A DNA stretch of 63,947 nucleotides, filler included, from an uncultured Gemmatimonadota bacterium (GTDB taxonomy: Bacteria; Blakebacterota; Blakebacteria; Blakebacterales; Blakebacteraceae): assembly GCA_964576115.1 (NCBI GenBank). It is 4 parts of 4 records of this genome, joined end to end, with 100 filler letters (N's around TTAATTAATTAA, not from the genome) between each part and the next. Parts side by side here need not be neighbours in the genome. Positions count along the whole stretch, not along the records: positions 1 to 19,159 come from CAZNUA010000056.1; 3 more parts are not named here. One strand, 5' to 3'. Shown piece after piece: positions 1-8,628 of this stretch. The position numbers were made by a program, and so were the translations under genes. The stretch's first letter is position 1. Every line of letters begins with the position of its first letter. Below the pieces are notes generated by a model that was not told the origin of the DNA, made no database searches, and saw only the letters and a program-made list of their open reading frames with translations.

Positions 1-1
1 C

Positions 2-187
2 TGGGCGGCGTATGCCGGTTTTCAGGAAGAGGTGACGGGAGTGCTGCGCCCCGGCATGTTGGCCGATATCACCGTCATGGATATCGATCCCTTCGTGCTC
101 GGTGACCGGGCGCCCGATCAGATTCTTGGCGGCCGGATTCTCATGACCGTGGTCAACGGCCGGGTGCTGTACGAAGCCGAGCGTTGA
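2..187 (+). CDS. C-terminal fragment of an amidohydrolase (amidohydrolase_3/YtcJ-like), truncated by window start
   Basis: Frame 2 reads WAAYAGFQEEVTGVLRPGMLADITVMDIDPF...ILMTVVNGRVLYEAER*, the typical G-x-L-x-P-G-x-L-A-D and T-V-V-x-G-R-V-x-Y amidohydrolase end. Confidence 0.75.
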   Translation, partial: WAAYAGFQEEVTGVLRPGMLADITVMDIDPFVLGDRAPDQILGGRILMTVVNGRVLYEAER

Positions 188-367
188 ACCGGCGACAGAC
201 CTTACTGCATGAATACGCCTCCACGATGACAACCGATCCGGTCGCCGGGTCGTATCACAGTCAGTTCTCGTGACATCCGGTTCCCGTTCCACACTCCGAC
301 CGATCCGACCTGCACGGCGAGATATGCGCTGCAGGCTGCGATCGGCCTCCGGCAGGGAGATTATGCC

Positions 368-1288
368 ATGAATCGTTCCGTGAACCATACCGCCGCCGTT
401 GTCGGCCTGCTGGCCGTCACCTTTCTGAGCCTGGGCTCATTCGTGCAGACCGCGCCTACGGTCGAAGCCCCACCCTTCATGTTCTTTCCCGGGGCCAATT
501 CCCGCCCGACGTACTGCAGCGTCCACAACGTCCGGGATGCCTGGGAGATCTCAAAAGGGGCCGGGATCAAGGTCGGCATTCTCGATCATTCCTTCGGGGT
601 CGAGGTGCACGAGGGGCTCTATGCCGGAGGGGAGAACTTCCAGAGTGGGGAATGGGGGGAGTCGTACGACACGGGGAGCCACCACGGGTTCTGGATGGCC
701 TCGGTATTGCGCGAGATGGCCCCGGAGGTCCGGATCTACGCCCTGGGGACCTATTCGAGCGACGAAGACTCCAAAGTGAATGCCATGGTCCAGGCCATCG
801 ACTGGGCCATCGAACACGAGCTGGACATTTTGACCTATTCCGCGGCGCGTTTTTCCGCCGCCGTACGCCCCCGGCTCGATGCCGCCGTCGAAAGAGCCCA
901 TGCAGCCGGCATCGTCACCACTTTCATCCACTACCCGCACCCGGGAAATATCCTGCCGACCTGGATCGGCCCTCGCAGCGGCGACGACGAGCGCGAACCG
1001 GACCTGAATGTCCTGCATTATGACTACCAGGTCATCTTTACCCAGCGGTACCTGGCTTGGCTCGAGGATCCGGCCGGGAGTGGCCACCGCCCGTTCCTGT
1101 CGGTCTCCTCGACCTCGCCGGTCACGGCCGCGTTCGTGGCCATGCTCAAGAGCGTGCGTCCGGAGCTCTCGGCTCAGGACTGCCGGCGGATCCTGCAGGA
1201 AACCAGCCGTGTCTTCGAGCTGGAGGGAATGACCGGGACACGGACGGTCGACATCGCCGCCGCCCTGCGAAGTCTCACCGGAGGTTGA
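368..1288 (+). CDS. Secreted subtilisin-like (S8) serine peptidase, atypical
   Basis: Signal peptide; AWEISKGAGIKVGILDHS (Asp), HHG (His), SVSSTSPVTAAFVAML (Ser region); RBS GGGAG. Confidence 0.75.
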   Translation: MNRSVNHTAAVVGLLAVTFLSLGSFVQTAPTVEAPPFMFFPGANSRPTYCSVHNVRDAWEISKGAGIKVGILDHSFGVEVHEGLYAGGENFQSGEWGESYDTGSHHGFWMASVLREMAPEVRIYALGTYSSDEDSKVNAMVQAIDWAIEHELDILTYSAARFSAAVRPRLDAAVERAHAAGIVTTFIHYPHPGNILPTWIGPRSGDDEREPDLNVLHYDYQVIFTQRYLAWLEDPAGSGHRPFLSVSSTSPVTAAFVAMLKSVRPELSAQDCRRILQETSRVFELEGMTGTRTVDIAAALRSLTGG

Positions 1289-1330
1289 TCGTTCACCGAT
1301 GACCGGTCGGAGCGGTTCTCCCGCCTCTCT

Positions 1331-2026
1331 CTAATCCCTGCCGCGGAGCGATTCCCGCAGGGCCTGGGTCCAGCCGCTGCCGGGAAAGCGCTGCATGAAG
1401 TACTCGGCCGAACGCGGCCGGTCGAAGGAGTAGGGTAGATCGAAGGTTTCCCCTCCGATTACATCCCGGTGGTGATAGAGAATATCGGTCCCCGAGGAGA
1501 CGATGAAGACGTTGTGGCCGAAGTCGACCACCCGGCCGTGCTGGCTCTCGCCCTCGACTTCTCCGGTGAAAGCCGGAACCATCGACCAGTCCTGACGCTG
1601 CCAGCGGTCGGTGCCGTAGCGCATGGGGTGCCAGATGAGGAAATAGGGCATGCCTTCCCAGCCGTACTGGACTCCCTTGAGGACGTAGTCGCCGGGGGGA
1701 GCGTTCTCGATGGCGAAGAAACCGTTGGCGTCGGGCACGACGGTCAGGCCGACCCGTTCGGTCTGCCCGTCGCGTTCGATGTCACCGGCTATATAAACCG
1801 CCAGCGGCTCCAGCCGGCGAACCTCGTTGACGCTGCCGACGATGACACTGCCGATGAGCAGGATGCCCTCTTCCTGCGGTTCGGTCAGCGTGGTTTCGAA
1901 CATCGCCATCCCGCCGGCGCAGGCTGTCAGTGCGGGCAGGAGCGCGGCGAAGAACAGCCAGGCCGGGTTGAGCCGGGGTCGCCGGCGACAGGGTGGACGG
2001 AGGCGATCGAAGACGTGAAATAGCAT
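1331..2026 (-). CDS. Hypothetical lipoprotein
   Basis: 231 aa ORF with RBS AGGAG, basic N-terminus, hydrophobic stretch and lipobox LTAC; PDANGFFAIENAPPGDY resembles a prealbumin-like beta-sandwich. Confidence 0.6.
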   Translation of the reverse strand: MLFHVFDRLRPPCRRRPRLNPAWLFFAALLPALTACAGGMAMFETTLTEPQEEGILLIGSVIVGSVNEVRRLEPLAVYIAGDIERDGQTERVGLTVVPDANGFFAIENAPPGDYVLKGVQYGWEGMPYFLIWHPMRYGTDRWQRQDWSMVPAFTGEVEGESQHGRVVDFGHNVFIVSSGTDILYHHRDVIGGETFDLPYSFDRPRSAEYFMQRFPGSGWTQALRESLRGRD

Positions 2027-2161
2027 GATGGATCTCCTGAACGTTTCGGGGTGACTGTCGCAAACCTACACCCGACCGGGCAGGGGCCGGAACCGGGAAG
2101 TTGGCGTGGCGGTCGGAACCGGGAAGTTGGCGGCGACGCTATTTCGTGCCATCTTCACGGC

Positions 2162-2779
2162 ATGAATCGGGCGATCCTCATTCTCGGTCCCACCGGCAGC
2201 GGCAAGACTCCCCTGGGTGACGAACTGCAGCGGCAGGGGTGGGGCGGGCATCGCTGCGTGCATTTCGATTTCGGCGAACGGATGCGCCGGCTGGCAGGGG
2301 CTCGTACCCCCCCGCCGGGCCTGAGCGGCGACGATCTGAACCTCATGCGAGAAGCACTCGAGTCCGGCCGCCTGCTGACCGACGGGGAGTTCCACCTGGT
2401 GATGAAGATCTTCAACATTTTCACGATCGAGGAATCGGTCGGAGCCCGGGATCTGGTGATCCTCAACGGCATGCCTCGCCATGCCGGCCAGGTCCGCGAT
2501 GTGGCCGGCCTGACCGATATCCGCCTGGTCGTTGTTCTCGAGGCTGCAGGGGAGACAATTCTCGAACGGATCCGCCGCGATACCGGCGGTGACAGGGTGG
2601 GGCGGAGCGATGACGAGCCCGACCGGATCGGGGAGCGGCTGGCCCGTTACGAGGATCGTACCCGGCCGCTGATCGCACACTTCCGCGCCCTCGGCACATC
2701 GATCGTGACCCTGCCGGTCGAGGCCGACACAACCGCGACCGATCTGGCGGTCCGACTCGGTCGTATGACCCTCGACTGA
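2162..2779 (+). CDS. Adenylate/nucleoside monophosphate kinase family protein
   Basis: P-loop ILILGPTGSGKT, LNGMPR (cf. LDGFPR), short LID GRSDD, RLARYEDRTRPLI; ATG 2162 preferred to 2051. Confidence 0.75.
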   Translation: MNRAILILGPTGSGKTPLGDELQRQGWGGHRCVHFDFGERMRRLAGARTPPPGLSGDDLNLMREALESGRLLTDGEFHLVMKIFNIFTIEESVGARDLVILNGMPRHAGQVRDVAGLTDIRLVVVLEAAGETILERIRRDTGGDRVGRSDDEPDRIGERLARYEDRTRPLIAHFRALGTSIVTLPVEADTTATDLAVRLGRMTLD

Positions 2780-2904
2780 CGGGATTGTCGGCCCGGATTC
2801 GCCCGTCGTTCTTCACGCCCGCGAACACCCGTTGCTTTTCACTTCTGTTTTTTCATTGCAACCACTGCCGGCAACGCGGCGTATCTATCGGATGGAAAAC
2901 GATA

Positions 2905-2923
2905 TATCTCGTATGTCGACATA
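2905..2923. promoter_or_regulatory. Candidate PadR operator TATCTCG-N5-CGACATA
   Basis: Imperfect 7-5-7 inverted repeat (contains perfect palindrome TATGTCGACATA 2912-2923) 26 bp before the padR start; similar sites precede two other padR genes. Confidence 0.55.
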
Positions 2924-2949
2924 GGTTGCGTAGAGGGGCGGGACACAGA

Positions 2950-3276
2950 ATGTCGAAGAAAGAAAAGGAACCGAAACTCAGTCTGGGGACAGTGCTCATT
3001 CTGCATGCTTTGGCCCGGGGCCTGAATTACGGCTTCGACATCATGGAGGAAACCGGGCTGGCCAGCGGCACGATCTATCCGGCCCTGGAGAAACTGGAGC
3101 GGCTCGGGTATACGGCCTCCCGGTGGGAGGATCCCGCCATCTCCCGGAGCGAGAAGCGTCCATCCCGGCGCTACTACGAGATTACCGACGAGGGCTGGCA
3201 GGTGCTGGCCGCGGCCCTGGAGAAGCACCGCTCCCTGGCGCCGGTGCAGTTCCCCGCCTCTTCGTCCGGAGCCTGA
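2950..3276 (+). CDS. PadR family transcriptional regulator
   Basis: YGFDIMEETGLASGTIYPALEKLE...RRYYEITDEG; ATG 2950 after GAGGGG; directly upstream of an ADOP permease. Confidence 0.9.
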   Translation: MSKKEKEPKLSLGTVLILHALARGLNYGFDIMEETGLASGTIYPALEKLERLGYTASRWEDPAISRSEKRPSRRYYEITDEGWQVLAAALEKHRSLAPVQFPASSSGA

Positions 3277-3283
3277 GACGAAC

Positions 3284-5938
3284 ATGACCGAGCAGACCGA
3301 CCGGCACGACTCCGAACCCGCACCGCGGGAATCCCGGCGCTGCCTCAGGTTCATCCGGGTTGCCGCCCAGCTGGTGCCGCTCGGCCGCCGTGAGCTGTGG
3401 CTCGAGCAATGGACCGCCGACACCATCTACAGGGCGCGGCGCCGCTCCGAGCGGAAAGCGGCGCGAAGCCGCAGCGGCCGTTCATCCCTGTCCTGGCTCA
3501 TCGGCGCTCTCACCCATGCCTGGTACATCTTCTGGAGGGAGTACACTGTGGATACTGTCTGGCAGGATGTGAAATACGGTTTGCGGGCGCTGCGGCGCAG
3601 CCGGGGCTTGATCGTCGTCGCGGTTCTCTCGCTCGCGATCGGAATCGGCGCCTGCGCTACGATCTTCAGTGTGGTCGATGCCTTCATGATCCGCCCTCTC
3701 CCCTATCCCGAATCCGACCGCCTCCTGGCGGTGTGGGGCACCAATGCCGAAAGGGGGTGGAACGCGGTCACCATCTCTCCCGGTGATTTCCTCGATCTGC
3801 GGGAGCGCAGTACCACCCTGCAGGTGGCGACGATCATTCAGAGCGGTCTGAGTGTCGCTTCCGACGAGATGCTGGAGAGGGTTGACGGTCAGGAGGTCTC
3901 GGGAGACTTCTTCGATGTTATCGGGGTTGAGCCGCTGCTCGGGCGGGGATTCACCCGGGCCGAGGAGAGAGTCGGAGAGAGTGCCGTCATCATCAGTCAC
4001 GCTCTCTGGCAGAGATGGTACGGCGGCAACCCGGATGCCCTGGGAACCACCCTGCGCGTTGACGGCGTGTCGAGCACTCTGGTGGGAGTTATGCCGCCGG
4101 GATTCTGGTTCGACCAGCCAGAGGCCGAGGTCTGGGTGCCCCTTCAGATTCCGGAATCCGATTTACGCAGCGGCCGGTATCTGCGGGTCGTGGCCCGATT
4201 GAACGACGGCGTGACCCTGGAACAGGCCCGCGCCGAATCCGAGAGCATCATCGCCGCTCTGGCCGAGGAATATCCGGAAACGAATGCCGGGAACGGTATC
4301 ACTCTCTTTCCCCTCCGCCGCGACATATTCGACGAAGGATACCGGAGCGGCTGCCTGATCGCCAGTGTGGCGGTCCTTGCCCTGCTGCTCATTGCCTGCG
4401 GCAACGTCGCCAGCCTGCTGCTGACCCATGCCGCCGGCCGGGAGAAGGAAGTCGCCCTGCGGGGCGCCCTCGGGGCGGGACGATCCCGGCTCTTCCGCCA
4501 GTTTCTCACTGAATCTTCACTGGTGGCATTCATGGGCGGGGGACTGGGGCTGGTGCTGGCCGTAATCGGTATGCAGGCCTTTCTCTCGATCGCACCACCC
4601 TATATGCCCCAACTCGATACGATCGGCCTGAATCTGCGGGTCGTCATCTTCACGGCCGGGATCGCCCTGCTGACCGGTGTCGTTTTCGGCCTGGCGCCTG
4701 CCTTCCAGGGTATGCGGGTGAACATCCTCCCGGCCCTCGGGGACAACCAGCGGGGTGGAGAAGCCCGCAGGGTACCGCGGGTCAGAAGGATCCTCGTCGT
4801 GGCCGAGATCGCCCTGGCCCTGGCTCTGCTGGTCGCCTCGGGGCTCCTCCTGCAGGGGTACCGACAGCTGCGGGTTGCCGATATGAATCTTGATTCTTCC
4901 GACGTTCTCACCTTCGAGATCGACCTGCCCGAGGCGGCCTATCCCGATCTGACCTCGATGGCCACCTACTGGGAAGCACTCAAAGAACGGCTTGAACGCC
5001 TGCCTGGGATCGATGGTCTGAGCGCCGTCTCGCTTCTGCCGTCGAAGTCGAACTACGCCACGTATTACTCCCTGCCGGGAGTGGAGATCACCGAGGACAG
5101 CCAGCGGCTGATCACTGGTTACCGGCACGTCATGCCGGGCTTTTTCGCCGCTCTCGACATCCCTCTGGTACGGGGACGCGATTTCTCCATGGACGACCGC
5201 CAGGGCGCACCGTCGAGACTGATGATTAACGAATCGATGGCCGAGCGTCACTGGCCCGGGGAGGATCCGATCGGCAAGGAAATCCTGCTGAGTGACCGTC
5301 CCTGGGTCATCATCGGAGTCGTAGCCGACAGCCGCGACGGACCGCTCGACGACATCATCCGCCCGAAGATCTATCTCTCGGCCCTGCAGGCCGAGTGCAG
5401 ATCACTCTACTGGTGCATGGAAACATCGCTCCCCTCCGGTCCACTCGTGGAGACGATCCGTACCGAACTGGCGGCGCTCGATCCCGATCTGCCCCTGTTC
5501 AATGTCATGAGTCTGGATGAGCACATCGGGATCGACCTGGGGGCTGACCTGATCATGGCTAGAATCATGGCCGTCATGGCGGCGATCGCGCTTGTTCTCT
5601 GCCTTGGCGGCGTGTACGGCGTGATGGCCTACAGTGTTTCGCAGCGCAACCGGGAGATGGGGATCCGCATGGCTCTGGGGGCGCAGGGGGGCGATGTCGT
5701 CCGGATGGTGGTCAGGCAGGGGATGCGACTGGCGCTCATCGGGATCGGGATCGGTTTGTTGCTGGCCGCCGGGATAAGCAGCGGTCTTTCCCACTTTCTC
5801 TGGGGCGTCAATCCCTTCGATCCGCTCACTTTCGGGACAGTCGCGCTGCTCCTGTTCGGCGCTGCCGTGACGGCCACCTTCATTCCGGCCCGCCGGGCAA
5901 TCGGGGTCGATCCGATCACCGCTCTGCGGAGCGAATAG
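3284..5938 (+). CDS. ADOP-type duplicated ABC permease (2x MacB_PCD/FtsX) with N-terminal extension
   Basis: WQDVKYGLRALRR, LAIGIGA, PLPYPESDRL, REMGIRMALGA, C-terminal VDPITALRSE. Confidence 0.92.
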   Translation: MTEQTDRHDSEPAPRESRRCLRFIRVAAQLVPLGRRELWLEQWTADTIYRARRRSERKAARSRSGRSSLSWLIGALTHAWYIFWREYTVDTVWQDVKYGLRALRRSRGLIVVAVLSLAIGIGACATIFSVVDAFMIRPLPYPESDRLLAVWGTNAERGWNAVTISPGDFLDLRERSTTLQVATIIQSGLSVASDEMLERVDGQEVSGDFFDVIGVEPLLGRGFTRAEERVGESAVIISHALWQRWYGGNPDALGTTLRVDGVSSTLVGVMPPGFWFDQPEAEVWVPLQIPESDLRSGRYLRVVARLNDGVTLEQARAESESIIAALAEEYPETNAGNGITLFPLRRDIFDEGYRSGCLIASVAVLALLLIACGNVASLLLTHAAGREKEVALRGALGAGRSRLFRQFLTESSLVAFMGGGLGLVLAVIGMQAFLSIAPPYMPQLDTIGLNLRVVIFTAGIALLTGVVFGLAPAFQGMRVNILPALGDNQRGGEARRVPRVRRILVVAEIALALALLVASGLLLQGYRQLRVADMNLDSSDVLTFEIDLPEAAYPDLTSMATYWEALKERLERLPGIDGLSAVSLLPSKSNYATYYSLPGVEITEDSQRLITGYRHVMPGFFAALDIPLVRGRDFSMDDRQGAPSRLMINESMAERHWPGEDPIGKEILLSDRPWVIIGVVADSRDGPLDDIIRPKIYLSALQAECRSLYWCMETSLPSGPLVETIRTELAALDPDLPLFNVMSLDEHIGIDLGADLIMARIMAVMAAIALVLCLGGVYGVMAYSVSQRNREMGIRMALGAQGGDVVRMVVRQGMRLALIGIGIGLLLAAGISSGLSHFLWGVNPFDPLTFGTVALLLFGAAVTATFIPARRAIGVDPITALRSE

Positions 5939-5945
5939 GGAGCCC

Positions 5946-5975
5946 ATCATACTGTTACATATGTAACATTATGAT
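5946..5975. promoter_or_regulatory. 30-bp near-perfect AT-rich palindrome, candidate operator
   Basis: ATCATACTGTTACAT/ATGTAACATTATGAT, 14 of 15 positions complementary, perfect 16-bp core TGTTACATATGTAACA; 70 bp upstream of 6046. Confidence 0.6.
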
Positions 5976-6045
5976 CTTCTTTCCGTATCTGAGGGGGATT
6001 GTTCCGTGTGTTCTCTGACTGTCCCTCATACGGGAAAGATGCCTT

Positions 6046-7107
6046 ATGCTACACATATCCGTTCCGCTCATCCTGGTGACTTTTTCTCTTTACGGGCTCC
6101 CGACACCTTCCCGGGCCCAGACACCACTCCCTCTCGATATCGAACGGGTCAGCGAGCAGGTGCTGGTCATGACGCCGAAGACAGGCAATGCCCGGGTCGT
6201 GGCGCTGGATTCCGAGCAGGGTCTGGTCATGATCAACTGCGGTTTCTCGCCCTCCTTCGCCCGCCAGCTCCGGGGCGAGGCCGAACGCGCTTTCGGCCGC
6301 CGGGACTGGAAGGCCGTGATCCAGACCGATGCGGGTTTCCTCAACAACGGTGGGGCAGGGGCTTTCCCGGACGCCGTCCTCATCGCTCATGAGGGGCGTC
6401 GGGAATACCTGCTGGCCACTGGTGAAACGAACTCCAGGGCGCTGGACGGACAGCGACGGGAGTTCGAGGAGCGCGTCACGCGCTCGCAAGCCATGCTCGA
6501 CACCCTGCAGGGCAACCCCGAGCGGCGGCAGGGTCTCGAGGATTGGATCGAACTCTGCCGGCGAATCGCCGATGACCTGGCCCGGCCATATGATATCCCC
6601 CTGCCCGAACTGACCTTCAGCGACCGTCTCACCCTCGACCTGGGCGACCTGACCCTGGAATGCCTCTGGTTCGGCGAGACAGCCGAGGGAGCCGACGTAC
6701 TGGTGCGCGTACCGGAGGAGAACCTGGTCTGGATGGGGGATGTCTTTCACGCCATGCACGTCCTGCCCTACGGCCGCTACGGCGACCGGTCACCGGATGT
6801 GGACCGCTGGCTGGAGGTGATGGATGTCATGCTGGACGGCGCCCCGGAAACGATGACAGTGTACCGGGCCAACGGCAGCGACGTCTGGACCCGGTGGCAG
6901 ATCAGCGATCGACGGCGATTGATCGCCGATGTCCGGGACGCGGTTCGGGCCGCGCAGGAGAGGGGTGAACCGCGAGCGGCCTTCATGGAGCGTATCGCCG
7001 AGGCAGGCACGCTCTTCCCCTATGTGCGCGAGTGGGAGAATACCAATCTGAACCTGATCAGCTCCGACGTCGGCCGCCTGGCCGCCGGTCTCTGGCCGGA
7101 ACGGTGA
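6046..7107 (+). CDS. Secreted metallo-beta-lactamase-fold protein with degenerate metal site
   Basis: Signal peptide; GLVMINCG, AFPDAVLIAHE, PELTFSDRLTLDLGDLTLE, VPEENLVWMGD; HxHxDH replaced by DAGFLN. Confidence 0.7.
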   Translation: MLHISVPLILVTFSLYGLPTPSRAQTPLPLDIERVSEQVLVMTPKTGNARVVALDSEQGLVMINCGFSPSFARQLRGEAERAFGRRDWKAVIQTDAGFLNNGGAGAFPDAVLIAHEGRREYLLATGETNSRALDGQRREFEERVTRSQAMLDTLQGNPERRQGLEDWIELCRRIADDLARPYDIPLPELTFSDRLTLDLGDLTLECLWFGETAEGADVLVRVPEENLVWMGDVFHAMHVLPYGRYGDRSPDVDRWLEVMDVMLDGAPETMTVYRANGSDVWTRWQISDRRRLIADVRDAVRAAQERGEPRAAFMERIAEAGTLFPYVREWENTNLNLISSDVGRLAAGLWPER

Positions 7108-7110
7108 ACG

Positions 7111-8430
7111 TCAGGTTGCAGCACTCCGAGGCGGACGCAGGACCAGGGCGATTCCGGCAGCCACCAGGCACGATACCCCGGCGATGATGAAGGGCGTGAG
7201 CCAGGCCCGGACGTCACCTCCCTGAGCGGCATCCTTGAACCAGCCGGCGATCTGCGGCCCGGCGATGCCGGCCACCCCGTAGGCCAGGAAGACCCAGCCG
7301 TAGTTGCGCCCCACGTTCCGGTTGCCGAAGAAGTCGGCTGTAGCGGCAGGGAAGAGCGCGAAATTGCCGCCGAAGTTGAAGCCGATGAACGAAGCGCCGA
7401 TGATCAACCCCGCGGCCGAACTTCCCAGCGTGAAGAAAAGCAGCATGATGACTCCCTGCAGAGTGCACATCAGCAGCAGGGAGAGCCGTCGGCCCAGTCG
7501 GTCGGAAACCGTTCCCCACACGATCCGTCCCAGGCCGTTGAGGATGGCGTACCAGGCCATGGCGGTGCCGGCGACTGTGCCGGCCGCGGCAGTCGAGGCG
7601 GCAGCCCCGCCGGCCTGCAGGGCGTCGATGCCGAAGAGCCGGATACAGTAGATCACCATCAGTCCGGCCAGGGCCGAGCCGGTGAACATCAGTACCAGCA
7701 TCCAGTACTGCGGGGTGCGCAGCATCTCCCGGCTGCTCAGTTCGACCGCGCCGTTGACCGCCCCGGTACTGTCGGGGGGTGGGGGCTCCCATCCTGCCGG
7801 TTGCCAGCCCTCGGGGGGATCGACCATGACCAGGCTCCCCAGCAGGACCAGCCCGGCGAAGACGATCCCGTAAATCACGAAGACGCTCTGCACTCCCGGC
7901 AGGCCGAAGAGGTGGGTGGTGTTGAGCAGACCCCCGAACCAGCTTCCCGCAAGCTTGACCCAGATGGTGGCCCCGAAACCGAAGCCGGCCACCGCCAGGC
8001 CGGTGACCATGCCCTTGCGGTCGGGGAACCACTTGACCCCGATCGCAATCGGCACCACATAGGCTAGGCCGATCCCGGCCCCGCCCACAAGGCCGATGCA
8101 GATCAGCTGGGCCGCGAAGGAGGTGCCGAGCAGGCCGCCGCCGACATACCCCAGGCCGAGCACGATGCCCCCGGCCACTGCCAGCTTCTGCAGCGAGATC
8201 CGGCTCTGCAGCCGTCCGGCCACGACCATGACGACGGCAAAGGAGGCCAGTCCGGCCGAGAAGACCCAGGCCGCCTGGCGGGCGCTGAAACCGTAGACGC
8301 CGCCCGCGGCCAGGGACAGGGTCAGCCGATCGGTGAACACACTCCAGGCATAGATCGCCCCCAGTGCCAGCTGGATGAGCACAGCGCCGGCAACCACCAG
8401 CCAGCGGTTCATGACCTTCTCGTTCGCCAT
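7111..8430 (-). CDS. MFS transporter, oxalate/formate antiporter (OFA) family
   Basis: GAIYAWSVF, KWFPDRKGMVTGLAVAGFGFG, NGLGRIVWGTVSDRLGR, GGNFALFPA, NYG; about 12 hydrophobic segments. Confidence 0.9.
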   Translation of the reverse strand: MANEKVMNRWLVVAGAVLIQLALGAIYAWSVFTDRLTLSLAAGGVYGFSARQAAWVFSAGLASFAVVMVVAGRLQSRISLQKLAVAGGIVLGLGYVGGGLLGTSFAAQLICIGLVGGAGIGLAYVVPIAIGVKWFPDRKGMVTGLAVAGFGFGATIWVKLAGSWFGGLLNTTHLFGLPGVQSVFVIYGIVFAGLVLLGSLVMVDPPEGWQPAGWEPPPPDSTGAVNGAVELSSREMLRTPQYWMLVLMFTGSALAGLMVIYCIRLFGIDALQAGGAAASTAAAGTVAGTAMAWYAILNGLGRIVWGTVSDRLGRRLSLLLMCTLQGVIMLLFFTLGSSAAGLIIGASFIGFNFGGNFALFPAATADFFGNRNVGRNYGWVFLAYGVAGIAGPQIAGWFKDAAQGGDVRAWLTPFIIAGVSCLVAAGIALVLRPPRSAAT

Positions 8431-8628
8431 CGTGGGAGCCCTTTCGGGGATGCCGTTCTTCAGGGATGCAATTCGGGCGAACCCAAGGTAGTGAGCGATC
8501 GGATTGAACTCAACCGGAACGCCGGCCGGGGGCAGACCCGACCGGCGTCTCGACGGTTCGTATGACCGAGCGCGCCCGCTCTGATCGCACGGAGGGCCTG
8601 CCCGATTGCAGGCCGAAGTATCCGATCC

